This document shows positions 44,598-55,199 of a stretch of 64,000 bases of DNA, piece by piece (positions within the stretch are counted from its first letter, which is position 1; each line of letters opens with the position of its first letter). Source of the DNA: an uncultured Thermodesulfobacteriota bacterium (lineage in GTDB: Bacteria; Desulfobacterota; DSWW01); NCBI GenBank assembly GCA_964479535.1, contig CAYZMM010000004.1, positions 70,459 to 134,458 of the forward strand, written 5' to 3'. The notes under the pieces are model-generated. The model did no database searches. It was not told the DNA's origin and was given only the letters and a program-made list of their open reading frames with translations. The position numbers and the translations under genes are program-made.

Positions 44598-46708
44598 ACC
44601 TTGCACAGGAACCCTTTCCAGGGCTCGGAGCCCCAGACGGCGTCCGCGGGCTGCGGGTCGAGGAGCAGGCTTGCGCTCGATTCCTTCCAGCCGTATTCCG
44701 GCGGCTCGCGTTCCGGAAACCACCAAGCGTGCTGAATCGACACCACGCGAGGGGCGATGCCGGGGGTCAGCCTGGCGCGCTGGCGGATTCTTCCCCGGGG
44801 GGACTCGATCCAGACCCAGTCGCCTTCGGCGATCGACAGCCTCGCGGCCGTCTCCGGGTGCAACTCCACGAGCGGGTCCGGGTTCCTCTTCCTCTGGGAC
44901 GGGAGCTGTCGCAGCTCGGTGTGGAAGAATGGCTCGATCTTGGCACCTGTAATGGCGATCAGCGGGTACCTCTCGGCCAGGTCGGGTGTGCTGTAGGGGC
45001 TCTCCGGGGGCTCGAAGTAGTTCGGGAGCGCGTCGTGTCCCATCGCCTCGAGGGCCGAGCAGGCGATCTCGAACTTTCCGGACGCGGTCGGGAACCCGTC
45101 TGTCTCGTGCTTCCTGTACTGCATCTCCCCCCGGAGCAGGCCGATCTCCTTGAAGGCCTCGAAGTCGAGTCCCGACCCTTCGAGCACGTAGTCACACCAC
45201 TGACGCACGTCCTTCCAGGGAAAGAACGCCTCGAGACCGACCCTCCTGGCCAGCTCGATGAGGATCTTCTTGTCGTCCCAGCACTCCCCCACCTCCGCCA
45301 CCTTCTGGCGCGCGGCCACGCACCAGATGAAATGGAGGTCCGCCACATCGTCCTGCTCGAGCCAGCTCGCAGCGGGCAGCACGATGTCGGCCAGCTGCGC
45401 GGTGGGCGTCATGAAGAGGTCGACACAGCAGGAGAAGTCGAGTCGCTTCAGGGCCTCCTCTCCCCTCAGGGGGGCGCTGCTCGTGAGCAGCGGGTTCGTG
45501 CCCATGATGAGAAGGGCCTTGACCGGGTAGGGCTTCTGATCGAGCACCGCATCCCAGAAGACGGGGTGACGGACCCCGGGGTTCAGAGGAATGGACTCGC
45601 CGTAGCCCAGCTTCCTCGCGGCCGCCTCCGGTGTCATCCTCCCGAGCAGGGTGTTCTCCGGCTCCACGAAAGGGGAGGTCTGAAAGACCTTCTCGGGAGG
45701 AACCCAGAAGACGTCCCCTCCCGGCACGTCGATGTTCCCGGTCACGGCGCGCAGGATCATGAGGGCGCGGGCCGTCTGGAAACAGTTCGGGCTCTGATCC
45801 AGGCCGTTTCCCCAGAGCAGGCAGGCGGGCTTGGTCGTGGCGTACAGACGGGCCGCCTCCCGGATCGTCTCCTCCGGGACCCAGGTGATCGCTTCCCCCC
45901 GGGAGGGCGGGTATGCCCTTACGCGGTCCGCCAGCCGGTCGAAGCCGACCGTGTACGTCTCCACGAATTCCCTGTCGTAGAGCCCCCCCTCGATGATCAC
46001 GTGGAGCATGGAGAGTGCAAGGGCCGCGTCCGTGCCCGGACGAACCTGGAGCCACAGGTCGGCCCTGTCCGCGGGGGGCGTTCTTCTCGGGTCCACCACG
46101 ATGGAGCGTGCGCCTTTTCGAATCACGCGCGTCGCCATGGGGCCGCACATGCCGTCCGCCGCACCCGTCTCCTGGATGTTGCACCCCCAGACGAGAACGA
46201 GGGCCGGCTCGACGCCCCCGAACCCGTAGAAGTCGCAGACCGGCAGGTGCATGCCGCAGGTCACGGCCGCCGCCATCACCCTCGGCAGGTAGCAGGCGTG
46301 GGCATAGCTGACCACGTTCGGCGTGCCGAAGGCGTTCGCGAACCGGAGGCTCATGAACATGTAGGGCCGGCCCGTTCCCAGGGCGAGGGCCACCGACTCG
46401 GGGCCGTGCTCGTCCTTGAAATGCAGGAGCCGCTCGGCGGTCGTGTCCAGCGCCTCGTCCCAGCTGATGCGCTCCCACTTGTTCTCTCCCTTGCCCCCGG
46501 CCCGTTTCAGGGGGTGGAGCAGCCGGTCCGGGTGGTAGAGCAGTTCCGGCGAGGCCCTCCCCTTGGAGCAGATGTACCCCCTGCTCATCGGGTGGTCCGG
46601 GTCGCCGGTCACCTTGACCACCCGGCCCGCTTCCAGGTGCACCTTCACGCCGCACACGCCGTGGCACATGCGGCAGATCGATTTCACCACGGTCCCGGAG
46701 GCGCCCAT
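44588..46708 (-). CDS. molybdopterin-dependent oxidoreductase (MopB superfamily, cytoplasmic; no Tat signal)
   Basis: An N-terminal CxxCxxxC...C 4Fe-4S motif is followed by about 700 aa of MopB domains. Confidence 0.75.
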   Translation of the reverse strand: MGASGTVVKSICRMCHGVCGVKVHLEAGRVVKVTGDPDHPMSRGYICSKGRASPELLYHPDRLLHPLKRAGGKGENKWERISWDEALDTTAERLLHFKDEHGPESVALALGTGRPYMFMSLRFANAFGTPNVVSYAHACYLPRVMAAAVTCGMHLPVCDFYGFGGVEPALVLVWGCNIQETGAADGMCGPMATRVIRKGARSIVVDPRRTPPADRADLWLQVRPGTDAALALSMLHVIIEGGLYDREFVETYTVGFDRLADRVRAYPPSRGEAITWVPEETIREAARLYATTKPACLLWGNGLDQSPNCFQTARALMILRAVTGNIDVPGGDVFWVPPEKVFQTSPFVEPENTLLGRMTPEAAARKLGYGESIPLNPGVRHPVFWDAVLDQKPYPVKALLIMGTNPLLTSSAPLRGEEALKRLDFSCCVDLFMTPTAQLADIVLPAASWLEQDDVADLHFIWCVAARQKVAEVGECWDDKKILIELARRVGLEAFFPWKDVRQWCDYVLEGSGLDFEAFKEIGLLRGEMQYRKHETDGFPTASGKFEIACSALEAMGHDALPNYFEPPESPYSTPDLAERYPLIAITGAKIEPFFHTELRQLPSQRKRNPDPLVELHPETAARLSIAEGDWVWIESPRGRIRQRARLTPGIAPRVVSIQHAWWFPEREPPEYGWKESSASLLLDPQPADAVWGSEPWKGFLCKVYK

Positions 46709-46712
46709 TCCG

Positions 46713-47585
46713 TCAACCCTCTGCAGCGGCGATGGATGTGTTCATGACCACGGCAATCACGCGATCCTCCAGGCCCCGGTCGATCACGTCCACCCGCGTC
46801 AGGGACGTGTTGCCCGTTCTGCGGATCATCCGCGTTCTGGTCCGGAAGGGCCCTTTCTTCCCCTGGGAAAGATACTGGATCGCCAGATCCTTGGTGATCA
46901 TGCCCTTTCCCAGAGCGGCGCCGGCCGCAAGCTCCCCGGCCGTGTCCGCCAGGACGCCGATCATCCCTCCCTGCAGGACCCGGAGGCTGTTGCGAACGTA
47001 CGCTTTCAACTCGAGTTCCACGACGCCAGCCCCCGGGTCGAGGACACGGATCCCTGCCGCGTCACGGTACGGCCGCTTCAGCCCGGACCCGTCGATTCCG
47101 AAGTCGACCGTCTCGTTCGCCTCGAGGGCCGGCTCGAACACGGGGGTGTCGTCCCTTCGGGGGAGCCGAGAGAAGGTGGTCATGCCGGTCCCGATCGATG
47201 GGGCCGATCCGTCCGCGCCGCTGCCCTCTTCCCGGATGTCCACGTCGATGATCGCCATCGTGCGGCCCGACCGGATCACCTCACCCGCGGCCACGAGCGT
47301 TTCGCAGACGGGCCTGCGGGCAAGATGGACCGAAAGGCTGGCCGTGGCGATCCAGTCGGGATAGACGGCCCGGAAGGTCAACGCTCCGGCAAGCACATCG
47401 ATCATGGTGGCTACGGCCCCCACCTGGACGGATCCGTCCGGGGCACGGATTTCCGGCACCACCGGGGCACGGACGACCGCCTTCCCCTCGCCCTGAAAGG
47501 TCAGGCAGACGCGAAGGTCCCGCAGGATGTGGTTGTGGGGTGGGTACTGGCCGTTGTCGCCGCTTTCTTCTCTGTTCTCCCCCAT
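46713..47585 (-). CDS. tandem hotdog-fold (PaaI-like) thioesterase protein
   Basis: Two hotdog-like halves. The start is placed at 47585 to avoid overlap with the upstream gene. Confidence 0.45.
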   Translation of the reverse strand: MGENREESGDNGQYPPHNHILRDLRVCLTFQGEGKAVVRAPVVPEIRAPDGSVQVGAVATMIDVLAGALTFRAVYPDWIATASLSVHLARRPVCETLVAAGEVIRSGRTMAIIDVDIREEGSGADGSAPSIGTGMTTFSRLPRRDDTPVFEPALEANETVDFGIDGSGLKRPYRDAAGIRVLDPGAGVVELELKAYVRNSLRVLQGGMIGVLADTAGELAAGAALGKGMITKDLAIQYLSQGKKGPFRTRTRMIRRTGNTSLTRVDVIDRGLEDRVIAVVMNTSIAAAEG

Positions 47586-47592
47586 GCCTCGT

Positions 47593-48906
47593 TCACCCGT
47601 CGCAGAATTCTCCCTCTGTGAGGTAATCCGGCTTCGCGCCGCAATCTTCACAGAACACGTGGGGAAGCCCGGCGAGCCCGGTCTCGACCATCTGGTTCAG
47701 CCACTCCGCCACGGTGTACCCGCTCGTCACTTCCTCGTAGAACATGGGGTTGCCCAGGATCGTGTGATTGCATCCCGGGCTGACGTAGTACCGGATGTTG
47801 TCTTCCTGGTTCAGGGCGATCGCCTCGTCGATGATCGCGTACATCTTCGGATTCCACGCTTCGGCCGTTTCGTTCACAAACCGCCAGTAGTCGACGCCCT
47901 GCAGCAGCAGGGAGGCGTAGTCCATGTTCAGCATGGCCCAGTAGAAGAAGATCTGGTTGTGGTCCCACGCCGCCGTGTAGGGCGCGATGATGCTGTCCGG
48001 GTAATCCTTCGCGATCTCGGCGTACATCTCGCCGGTGCTGAAATCGGTGAAGTCGGTCGTGCCCTCGATGAAGGCCTCGACCTGCCACGGAAGCTGAAGG
48101 TCCCACTGCCTCTGGGCCAACGCCTTGAAGACCGCGTCGTTGTCCGGCATGATGCCGTTCCCCGCGTCCGGAAAGCAGTAGGCCGAGGAGGTCGGGAACG
48201 CGTCCCTCACATCCGGGAAGTTCAGGATCGCCCCGTAGGCGCCCGCGCTGCTGCCCGCCACGAAGACCTTGTCCGGCGAGACGGTGAAGGTGTCCTGGAT
48301 CCACTGCAGCACGACCCGGAAGTTCACCTTCCCCCGGTGCCGGATCCTCCAGTAGTTGAATTCCGGGATCAGATGGAACCCCAGGTCGTCCGGGTAGTCG
48401 TAGTCGTTCGCCCCGGCGTGCACATCGCCGGTGCAGTAAGGAATGTAGATGAAGTTCCATTCCCGGAAGGGGTTGTCCGGGTTCTCCACATCCCCGATCC
48501 CAGCGTTCTCTCCGAGGGTGTCCACACGCGCGCTCACGCCGGTGTTCGTCGTGGAGTAGTAGATGCAGTTGATCGTGTGCCAGCAGGCGCCTCCTCCTTC
48601 GAAGTAGACGACCAGGTTGTTGACGGTTCCTCCCCGGGCGAAGAAGTAGAACTGGGACTCGCACTCGTCCATGGGGCAATGGGTGCAGCTCGGTGAAAGG
48701 CCTCGGTAGGTGAAGTCGGGATAGGAATCCCGCCAGTCCACCTTGTTCCATCCTTCCGGGATCGGACTCGTGTACGTTTCGGCGGCCGGATCGCTCGAGC
48801 CGCCCGGTGCTCCGCCGGCGCCTGCAGGATCTTCACTGCTGCATCCTGTCCACCCCACCGAAAGGAGCAGCAGGGCAACGAGCAAACCGCATCGTTCTGG
48901 TTTCAT
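47593..48906 (-). CDS. pectin-acetylesterase (PAE/Notum) family lipoprotein
   Basis: A lipobox (GWTGC) with VVYFEGGGACW and AGSSAGAYG motifs. Confidence 0.55.
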   Translation of the reverse strand: MKPERCGLLVALLLLSVGWTGCSSEDPAGAGGAPGGSSDPAAETYTSPIPEGWNKVDWRDSYPDFTYRGLSPSCTHCPMDECESQFYFFARGGTVNNLVVYFEGGGACWHTINCIYYSTTNTGVSARVDTLGENAGIGDVENPDNPFREWNFIYIPYCTGDVHAGANDYDYPDDLGFHLIPEFNYWRIRHRGKVNFRVVLQWIQDTFTVSPDKVFVAGSSAGAYGAILNFPDVRDAFPTSSAYCFPDAGNGIMPDNDAVFKALAQRQWDLQLPWQVEAFIEGTTDFTDFSTGEMYAEIAKDYPDSIIAPYTAAWDHNQIFFYWAMLNMDYASLLLQGVDYWRFVNETAEAWNPKMYAIIDEAIALNQEDNIRYYVSPGCNHTILGNPMFYEEVTSGYTVAEWLNQMVETGLAGLPHVFCEDCGAKPDYLTEGEFCDG

Positions 48907-49166
48907 CCGGATTCCTCCTCTGTTGTGCCTCGTCCGACCCTGGCCAGCCCACGGGACAGCGATGATGTCTGTGTACCACAGACATCACGGCGATAGCAAA
49001 GCATCATGGAAGAAAGAACCGTTCGATTCGCCCGGTTTGACACGCCCCTTTCACCTGTCTATAGATCAACCTGATCCGAGGCAACATCCAAGGCAGGTAG
49101 AATCCCTTTCCTGGAAACACGAACGGTGCTCAGCACCGATGGCTGCAGCACATCAAGGGCGATGAA

Positions 49167-51737
49167 ATGACACCCTCGAACCTGGACCGAAACATCTTTT
49201 CCACGCTGCGCCCTGCGTCCCGGCTGGCTCTGTCTCTGTTGCAGGTGAGCGTACTTGCACTTGCCGCATGCGGCGGCGACGACCGCGCCCCGGCCAACGG
49301 AACCGCCTCGGGAAGACTGATCGTTCCTCCCGGCCAGGTCCTGGAGGAGGAACCGAACCAGACGATCGACCGGGCACAGAGGGTGGAGGACACCTGGCTG
49401 GTCACGGGAAGCGCCTCGAGCGACGATCCGGGCTTCTCGCCGCCCGGATTCCCGGACGTGGAAGTGGAGGACCTGTACCGGGTGAGCTCGAGCGGACGGA
49501 TCCAGGTGATTCTCACCATTGCGGAGGACGATCTCCTTGCAAACGACCTGGACCTGCTCCTGCTGGATCTCGCGGGCAACCCTCTGGACGGATCGGAAGG
49601 GGTGGCCTCCACCGAGATGATCGACACCACGGGACCCGGGGAATTCCTGATCGGCGTCCGCGGCTTCCAGGGCGAGAGCGCCTACTCGCTTTCGTTCACC
49701 CCGCTCGAGGCCCTCCCTGCGGGGGACCGCGGGATCCTTCCGCCGGGTGCGGATTTCGTGCCCGGCGAAATCCTGGTCCGGTTCCGGTCGGAAGCGCCGG
49801 GCGCAGCCCGAAGCGACCGGGCCGTCCTCTCGCGCCTAGGGCTCGCCGCGAAACGGTCTTTGCCCCGCGGCGTGCAGATGCTCGCCGTATCCCTGCCGGA
49901 CCGGCTCCGTCAGGACGCTTCCGGCGTACGGAAGATCTTTCAGCACCGGAGCGACGTCGCTCTTCTCAAGGCGCTGACACTGGACCGGATCCGCGATCTG
50001 CGAAGGGACCCGCAGGTCGCGTATGCGGAGCCGAACTTTATTCGCAAGCCTTGTCTCGCACCGAACGATCCGGGCTTCGAACTCCAGTGGCACTACCGGC
50101 TGATCAACCTCCCGGAGGCGTGGGACATCAGCACCGGGTCGGAGGAGATCACCGTCGCCGTGCTCGACAGCGGGGTCCTGTCGAATCACCCGGACCTGAC
50201 GGGCCGGCTGACAGAGGGCTACGATTTCGTGAGCCGGATCGACAACGCGAACGACGGGGACGGAAGGGACCCGGACCCGGAGGACCCGGGGGACGATCCG
50301 GAAGGAGAAAACAGCTCCTTTCACGGAACCCATGTGACCGGGACCGTGGGGGCCGCTACGAACAACGGGAACGGTGTGGCCGGCGTGACCTGGAACACGA
50401 GAATCATGCCCCTTCGTGTGCTGGGCGTGGAGGGAGGGGCGGATTCGGACATCCTGGAGGCGATCCGCTATGCGGCCGGCCTGAGCAACAGCACGGGAAC
50501 CGTACCGGACAGGCCGGCCAGGGTGCTGAACATGAGCTTCGGCGGTCCCGGCTTCAGCCAGACGGTGCAGGATGCCGTCCTGGACGCAAGGGCGGAGGGC
50601 GCGATCCTGGTGGCTGCGGCAGGGAACGGCAGCACCCGGAGGGCGTCCTATCCGGCATCCTTCGACGGGGTGGTCTCGGTTTCGGCGGTGGACCTCAACC
50701 TGCAGTTGGCCCCCTACTCCAATTTCGGCTCCGGCATCGATGTGGCCGCACCCGGCGGCGACACCGGCGTGGACCTGAACGGGGACAGCTTCGGGGACGG
50801 GGTTCTGAGCACCCTGGGAGATGAGCAGGGCGACTTCTTCTATCGCTTCTTTCAGGGCACGTCCATGGCGGCGCCCCATGCAGCCGGGACCTTTGCCCTG
50901 ATGCTCGCGGTCAACCCGAACCTGACCCCCGCGGACATCGACGATCTGCTGACCGGGACCCATCCGGACACGACGGTTCGGATCACGCAGGACCTCGGGC
51001 AGGCGGGCCGGGACGACCTGTACGGACACGGAATGGTTGACGCAGCGCAGGCCGTCCTGGCCGCCCAGTCCATTCCCGGAGGCGGAGGCACACCGCCGAC
51101 GGGTTCGATTCTCGCCGTGTCCACGAACCTGCTCAACTTCGAGAACTTCCTCGAGCAGCTCACCTTCAAGATCACGAACGCGGGCATCGGTACGTTGCAG
51201 GTCACGAGCATCACGGACAACGCCCCATGGCTCACCCTGTCCCCCGCATCCGGCGGTGCGCCTCTTGCCGTGAAGGCAACCGTGAACCGTTCCGGCCTTT
51301 CGGACGGCGAGCGCTCCGCAACGATCCAGGTGTCTTCGAACGCGACCCAGGGAAACCGGATCGCCACCCTCCAGGTCGAGATGCGGGTCGGCGGCAAGAC
51401 CATGGGCGACGTGGGCGAGGTCTTCGTCATCGTGCTGGAACCCACCTCGTCGGACCCGGTGGCGCAGGCGGAAACGGACGCGTCCCAGGGCTACGCCTTC
51501 ACGACGCCAGGACTGGCGCCCGGCAGCTACTCGTTGATCGCCGGAACCGATCTGGATGACGACGGCTTCATCTGCGACATCGAAGACGCATGCGGCTTCA
51601 GTCAGGGGCTGGTGACCATCAACGCCGGACAGAACACCCCCGGCATCGATTTCGTGCTGGGCACGATCGTCTCGCCCCAGAGTGTTCCCCTCGGAGCCAC
51701 GGACCTCCGGGAGAGACGGCACCCCGGAATTCGCTGA
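49167..51737 (+). CDS. secreted S8 (subtilisin-family) serine peptidase with C-terminal extra domains
   Basis: D (AVLDSGV), H (HGTHVTGT) and S (GTSMAAPH) catalytic motifs are all present. A signal peptide is present. Confidence 0.85.
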   Translation: MTPSNLDRNIFSTLRPASRLALSLLQVSVLALAACGGDDRAPANGTASGRLIVPPGQVLEEEPNQTIDRAQRVEDTWLVTGSASSDDPGFSPPGFPDVEVEDLYRVSSSGRIQVILTIAEDDLLANDLDLLLLDLAGNPLDGSEGVASTEMIDTTGPGEFLIGVRGFQGESAYSLSFTPLEALPAGDRGILPPGADFVPGEILVRFRSEAPGAARSDRAVLSRLGLAAKRSLPRGVQMLAVSLPDRLRQDASGVRKIFQHRSDVALLKALTLDRIRDLRRDPQVAYAEPNFIRKPCLAPNDPGFELQWHYRLINLPEAWDISTGSEEITVAVLDSGVLSNHPDLTGRLTEGYDFVSRIDNANDGDGRDPDPEDPGDDPEGENSSFHGTHVTGTVGAATNNGNGVAGVTWNTRIMPLRVLGVEGGADSDILEAIRYAAGLSNSTGTVPDRPARVLNMSFGGPGFSQTVQDAVLDARAEGAILVAAAGNGSTRRASYPASFDGVVSVSAVDLNLQLAPYSNFGSGIDVAAPGGDTGVDLNGDSFGDGVLSTLGDEQGDFFYRFFQGTSMAAPHAAGTFALMLAVNPNLTPADIDDLLTGTHPDTTVRITQDLGQAGRDDLYGHGMVDAAQAVLAAQSIPGGGGTPPTGSILAVSTNLLNFENFLEQLTFKITNAGIGTLQVTSITDNAPWLTLSPASGGAPLAVKATVNRSGLSDGERSATIQVSSNATQGNRIATLQVEMRVGGKTMGDVGEVFVIVLEPTSSDPVAQAETDASQGYAFTTPGLAPGSYSLIAGTDLDDDGFICDIEDACGFSQGLVTINAGQNTPGIDFVLGTIVSPQSVPLGATDLRERRHPGIR

Positions 51738-51788
51738 GACTCGGTTCAGCGAGAGGCAAGCAGGTTCAAACCGATCGATCCAGGGAGG

Positions 51789-52877
51789 ATGAACATGAAA
51801 GCTCTGCTGAGTGTAATGGGCTGTCTGCTGACCGTCCTTTTGTGTGCAGGCCTCGTTCAGGGGCAGGAGCAAGGAACGTCCGAAAGAAAGTGGGTGGTCG
51901 GCACGAAGCATGCCCCCCCCTTTGCCATCAAGAACGAAGACGGGTCCTGGAGCGGCATCAGCATCGACCTTTGGGGCCGGATCGCGAGGGAGCACGACGT
52001 GGATTATGAACTCAAGGAGTTCGATCTGGAAGGCTTGTTGCAGGCCGTCGCGTCCGGCTCCGTGGATCTGGCCGTGGGGGCGCTCACCATGACCCCGGAG
52101 AGGGAGAAGCTCTTCGACTTCACCCACCCGTTCTACACGACCGGGCTGAGCATTGCGGTCTCTTCGCAGGGGAAGAAGAACTGGCAGAAGGCCCTGGAGC
52201 GTGTCTTCTCCCCACGGTTTCTCCGCGCCGTCGGCGGGCTGGCCCTCCTTCTGCTGGCCATCGGCGTCCTGGCATGGCTCGCCGAACGCAAGCGAAATCC
52301 GGATCACTTCGGTGGAAGCGCCCTGCGCGGAATCGGGTCCGGGTTCTGGTGGTCCGCAGTCACCATGACCACCGTCGGTTACGGGGACAAGGCTCCGGCC
52401 ACCTTTCTGGGCCGCCTCCTGGGAATGGTCTGGATGTTCGCAGGCATCATCATGATCTCCGGTTTCACGGCGGCCATGACGTCGGCCCTCACCCTCACGC
52501 AGCTCGAGTCAAAGGTGAGCGGCCCCGAAGATCTCCCCAAGGTATCGGTGGGGTCGGTCCCCGGATCCACGAGCGCCTCCTATCTCGGTCGAGCCGGCCT
52601 CTCCTTCAGGGAGTACGACTCCCTGGAAGAGGGCCTGGGCGCCATTGCCGCAGGAGACCTGGACGCCGTGGTCTACGACGCCCCGATTCTTCGCTACCTG
52701 GCGACCAAGGATTTCAGAGCGTCCGTGCGGGTCCTGGAGACGACCTTCACACGCCAGGACTATGCCTTCGCCCTGCCTCGCAAGAGCCCTCATCGCGAAA
52801 CCCTGAACCTGGCCATGCTCGAGGTGATCAAGACCGACGCGTGGGAGGACCTTCTCCGCACCTATCTGGGGGAATGA
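51789..52877 (+). CDS. GluR0-like prokaryotic ionotropic glutamate-receptor homolog (SBP_bac_3 ligand-binding domain interrupted by an M1-P-M2 K+ pore, TTVGYGD)
   Basis: A signal peptide is followed by lobe 1 of the binding domain. Two TM segments flank a TVGYGD pore loop. Lobe 2 follows. Confidence 0.7.
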   Translation: MNMKALLSVMGCLLTVLLCAGLVQGQEQGTSERKWVVGTKHAPPFAIKNEDGSWSGISIDLWGRIAREHDVDYELKEFDLEGLLQAVASGSVDLAVGALTMTPEREKLFDFTHPFYTTGLSIAVSSQGKKNWQKALERVFSPRFLRAVGGLALLLLAIGVLAWLAERKRNPDHFGGSALRGIGSGFWWSAVTMTTVGYGDKAPATFLGRLLGMVWMFAGIIMISGFTAAMTSALTLTQLESKVSGPEDLPKVSVGSVPGSTSASYLGRAGLSFREYDSLEEGLGAIAAGDLDAVVYDAPILRYLATKDFRASVRVLETTFTRQDYAFALPRKSPHRETLNLAMLEVIKTDAWEDLLRTYLGE

Positions 52878-53178
52878 CCCCTGCACGGGCGGAGGCCCTG
52901 GCGCCTTCCCGTGCGATGCCCGGGGATTGCCGCGTCGCCTTCGGCCCCGCGCAATCTCCCGCACCGAGTTCGGGGACAGCCGCCGAACTGCCAATATTTG
53001 TTCACAGTTCCGAGTTCGGTGGCTGTCCCCGAACTCCCCCCCGAACTCCCCCGAACTCCGCATTTCTATTTTTTCCGCTATGCTTCCTGCTCTTGCCTTT
53101 GCCCTGTCAACGTTGACCTTTCGCAAAGTGTGATTACTTTATCTTCAGTTTACCTTTGTGAGAGGGTTCGCAGCAGAG

Positions 53179-54174
53179 ATGAAGAGCACAGACTATTACA
53201 AGGACCTGGGCGTATCCAAAAACGCCACCCAGGACGAAATCAAGAAGGCTTACAAGCGCCTCGCCAAGAAGTACCACCCGGATCGAAATCCAGGGGACAA
53301 GGAGGCGGAGAACCGGTTCAAGCAGATCTCCGAGGCGTACCGCTGTCTGTCCGAGCCTGAGAAGCGAAAGCAGTACGACATGTTCGGTCAGACCGGCTTT
53401 CAGGCCGATCCGGGCTTCTGGGGAAGGGCTCCGGGCAACGCGTCGGGAGGCACCTACACATGGTCCTCCGACGCCGGATACAGCGGATTCGACCTGAAAG
53501 ACCTCTTCGGCCAGATCTTCGGCGGAGGCGGCAGGAGCCGAGGCCGATCCGAGGGCTTTGCCGGCGGCAACCCCTTCGGGGCCGGAACGGGTTCTTACGA
53601 TTTCGGTTTCGGGTTCGACCCGGGCCCTGCACCGGCCCGCGACCTGGAAGCGGATGTAACGATCGGTTTCGAGGAAGCGATCCGGGGCGGAACGCACCGC
53701 ATCTCCCTGCAGAGAAACGCGGGGGCCGGAACGGAAAGCCTGAACGTGAAGATCCCGGCCGGTGTGGCCGACGGCGGCAGGCTGCGAATCCCCGGAAAGG
53801 GGGCCGCCGGGCCGGAAGGCAGGAACGGGGATCTCCTCCTTCGCATTCACGTGATCCCCCACAAGGTGTTCCGAAGGGAAGGAAAGGACCTCCACATGGA
53901 CCTTCCCGTGACGGTAAGCGAGGCCGCACTGGGGGCGAAAGTCGAGGTGCCGACCCTCAACGGGAAAGCAACCGTGACGATTCCGGCCGGAACGCAAAGC
54001 GGGGCCAAACTCCGCTTGAAGGGAAAGGGTGCACCGGACCCGAAAGGAGGAACCCCGGGTGACATGTACGTGCACACGCGGATCGTTGTGCCGAAGAGCA
54101 CCGATGCAAAGGAGAAGAAGATCTTCGAGACCTTGAAGGAACTGGAAAGCGATCCGCGGGCGGGGATGTTCTAA
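53179..54174 (+). CDS. DnaJ-class co-chaperone without zinc finger (CbpA-type)
   Basis: A J-domain with HPD (KKYHPDRN), a G/F-rich linker and C-terminal CTD I/II. No CxxCxGxG repeats are present. Confidence 0.8.
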   Translation: MKSTDYYKDLGVSKNATQDEIKKAYKRLAKKYHPDRNPGDKEAENRFKQISEAYRCLSEPEKRKQYDMFGQTGFQADPGFWGRAPGNASGGTYTWSSDAGYSGFDLKDLFGQIFGGGGRSRGRSEGFAGGNPFGAGTGSYDFGFGFDPGPAPARDLEADVTIGFEEAIRGGTHRISLQRNAGAGTESLNVKIPAGVADGGRLRIPGKGAAGPEGRNGDLLLRIHVIPHKVFRREGKDLHMDLPVTVSEAALGAKVEVPTLNGKATVTIPAGTQSGAKLRLKGKGAPDPKGGTPGDMYVHTRIVVPKSTDAKEKKIFETLKELESDPRAGMF

Positions 54175-54186
54175 AGGAGACCGAGC

Positions 54187-54888
54187 ATGCGTATTCCGAT
54201 CACCATAACCGGCCCTGAAGACCGTTCGAGCCGCAAAGAGCCGGGTCAACCGTTGCGGCGTCATCCGCGATATCGCGATTCGCACGGAAACCTCGTGGAC
54301 GACGAAGGCATAGGTCTCACCGGCCCTGTCGTGCGGGGTCCGACGAACCTGGCCGTGGAACAGGAGCCCGAGAGGGAACGTGAAGTCAACGCGCCCTACG
54401 ATGAGCCGCCCGTAGAGAGCGAGCCCGCCCCGGAGCCGACGAGGCACGTGAAGCCGGATCAGGAACCGAAGGAAGACTGGAAGGAGCGCTACCTTCGGCT
54501 GCGCGCTGATTTCGACAACTACAAGCGACATGCCGAAGCAGAGCGGGACCGGCTCTCAGGAATGGGCCGGGAAAAGGTTCTGGAGGATATCTTCCCCGTG
54601 GTGGAGCACATGGAGAGGGCGATACGGGCGGCAAAGGACGCACGCGACCGGACCGGCATCCTGGAAGGCATCGAGCTGGTCTACCAGGAGTTGCTCAAGG
54701 TGCTGGAGAAGAACGGTGTGGAAAGGATCCGGACGGTGGGAACCGCCTTCGACCCGGAGTTCCACGATGCGCTCGCGGTGTCCGATCACGCCGACTACCC
54801 GGCCGGTACGGTGGTGGAAGAGGTCCGGGCGGGATTCAGGAAGGACGGCAAGCTGCTCAGGCCGGCGTCGGTGATCGTTGCCCGTTAG
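54187..54888 (+). CDS. grpE: GrpE nucleotide-exchange factor
   Basis: The LRLRADFDNYKRH motif and C-terminal beta-domain are present. The N-terminal roughly 90 aa are proline/acidic-rich. Confidence 0.75.
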   Translation: MRIPITITGPEDRSSRKEPGQPLRRHPRYRDSHGNLVDDEGIGLTGPVVRGPTNLAVEQEPEREREVNAPYDEPPVESEPAPEPTRHVKPDQEPKEDWKERYLRLRADFDNYKRHAEAERDRLSGMGREKVLEDIFPVVEHMERAIRAAKDARDRTGILEGIELVYQELLKVLEKNGVERIRTVGTAFDPEFHDALAVSDHADYPAGTVVEEVRAGFRKDGKLLRPASVIVAR

Positions 54889-54923
54889 CCTGCGCCCGTT
54901 GACGATCCTGTCCCAACCACCTG

Positions 54924-55142
54924 TCACTTGTATTTCTTCAAGAGGTCCTTCTTCGCCCTTTCGTACTCCCTCTGGGTGATGACGCCCTGCTCATAGGCCT
55001 CCTGCAGGTCGGTGAGTTCCTGACCCAGGGTTGCATTCGACTGCTTGACCTGGGCACCCCCTCCTCCACAGCCCGCGAAAACACCGCCCGCGAGTATCGT
55101 GAAGACCAGAACACCCACAACCACTAACTTGCTGAGACGCAT
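54924..55142 (-). CDS. small lipoprotein with a SHOCT-like C-terminal motif
   Basis: A lipobox (FAGC) with GVITQREYERAKKDLL. Confidence 0.45.
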   Translation of the reverse strand: MRLSKLVVVGVLVFTILAGGVFAGCGGGGAQVKQSNATLGQELTDLQEAYEQGVITQREYERAKKDLLKKYK

Positions 55143-55199
55143 ACCCCTCTCCTTGTCTGATTGTTTGACGATTCAGATGCCGCCAACCGGATATCTGTT

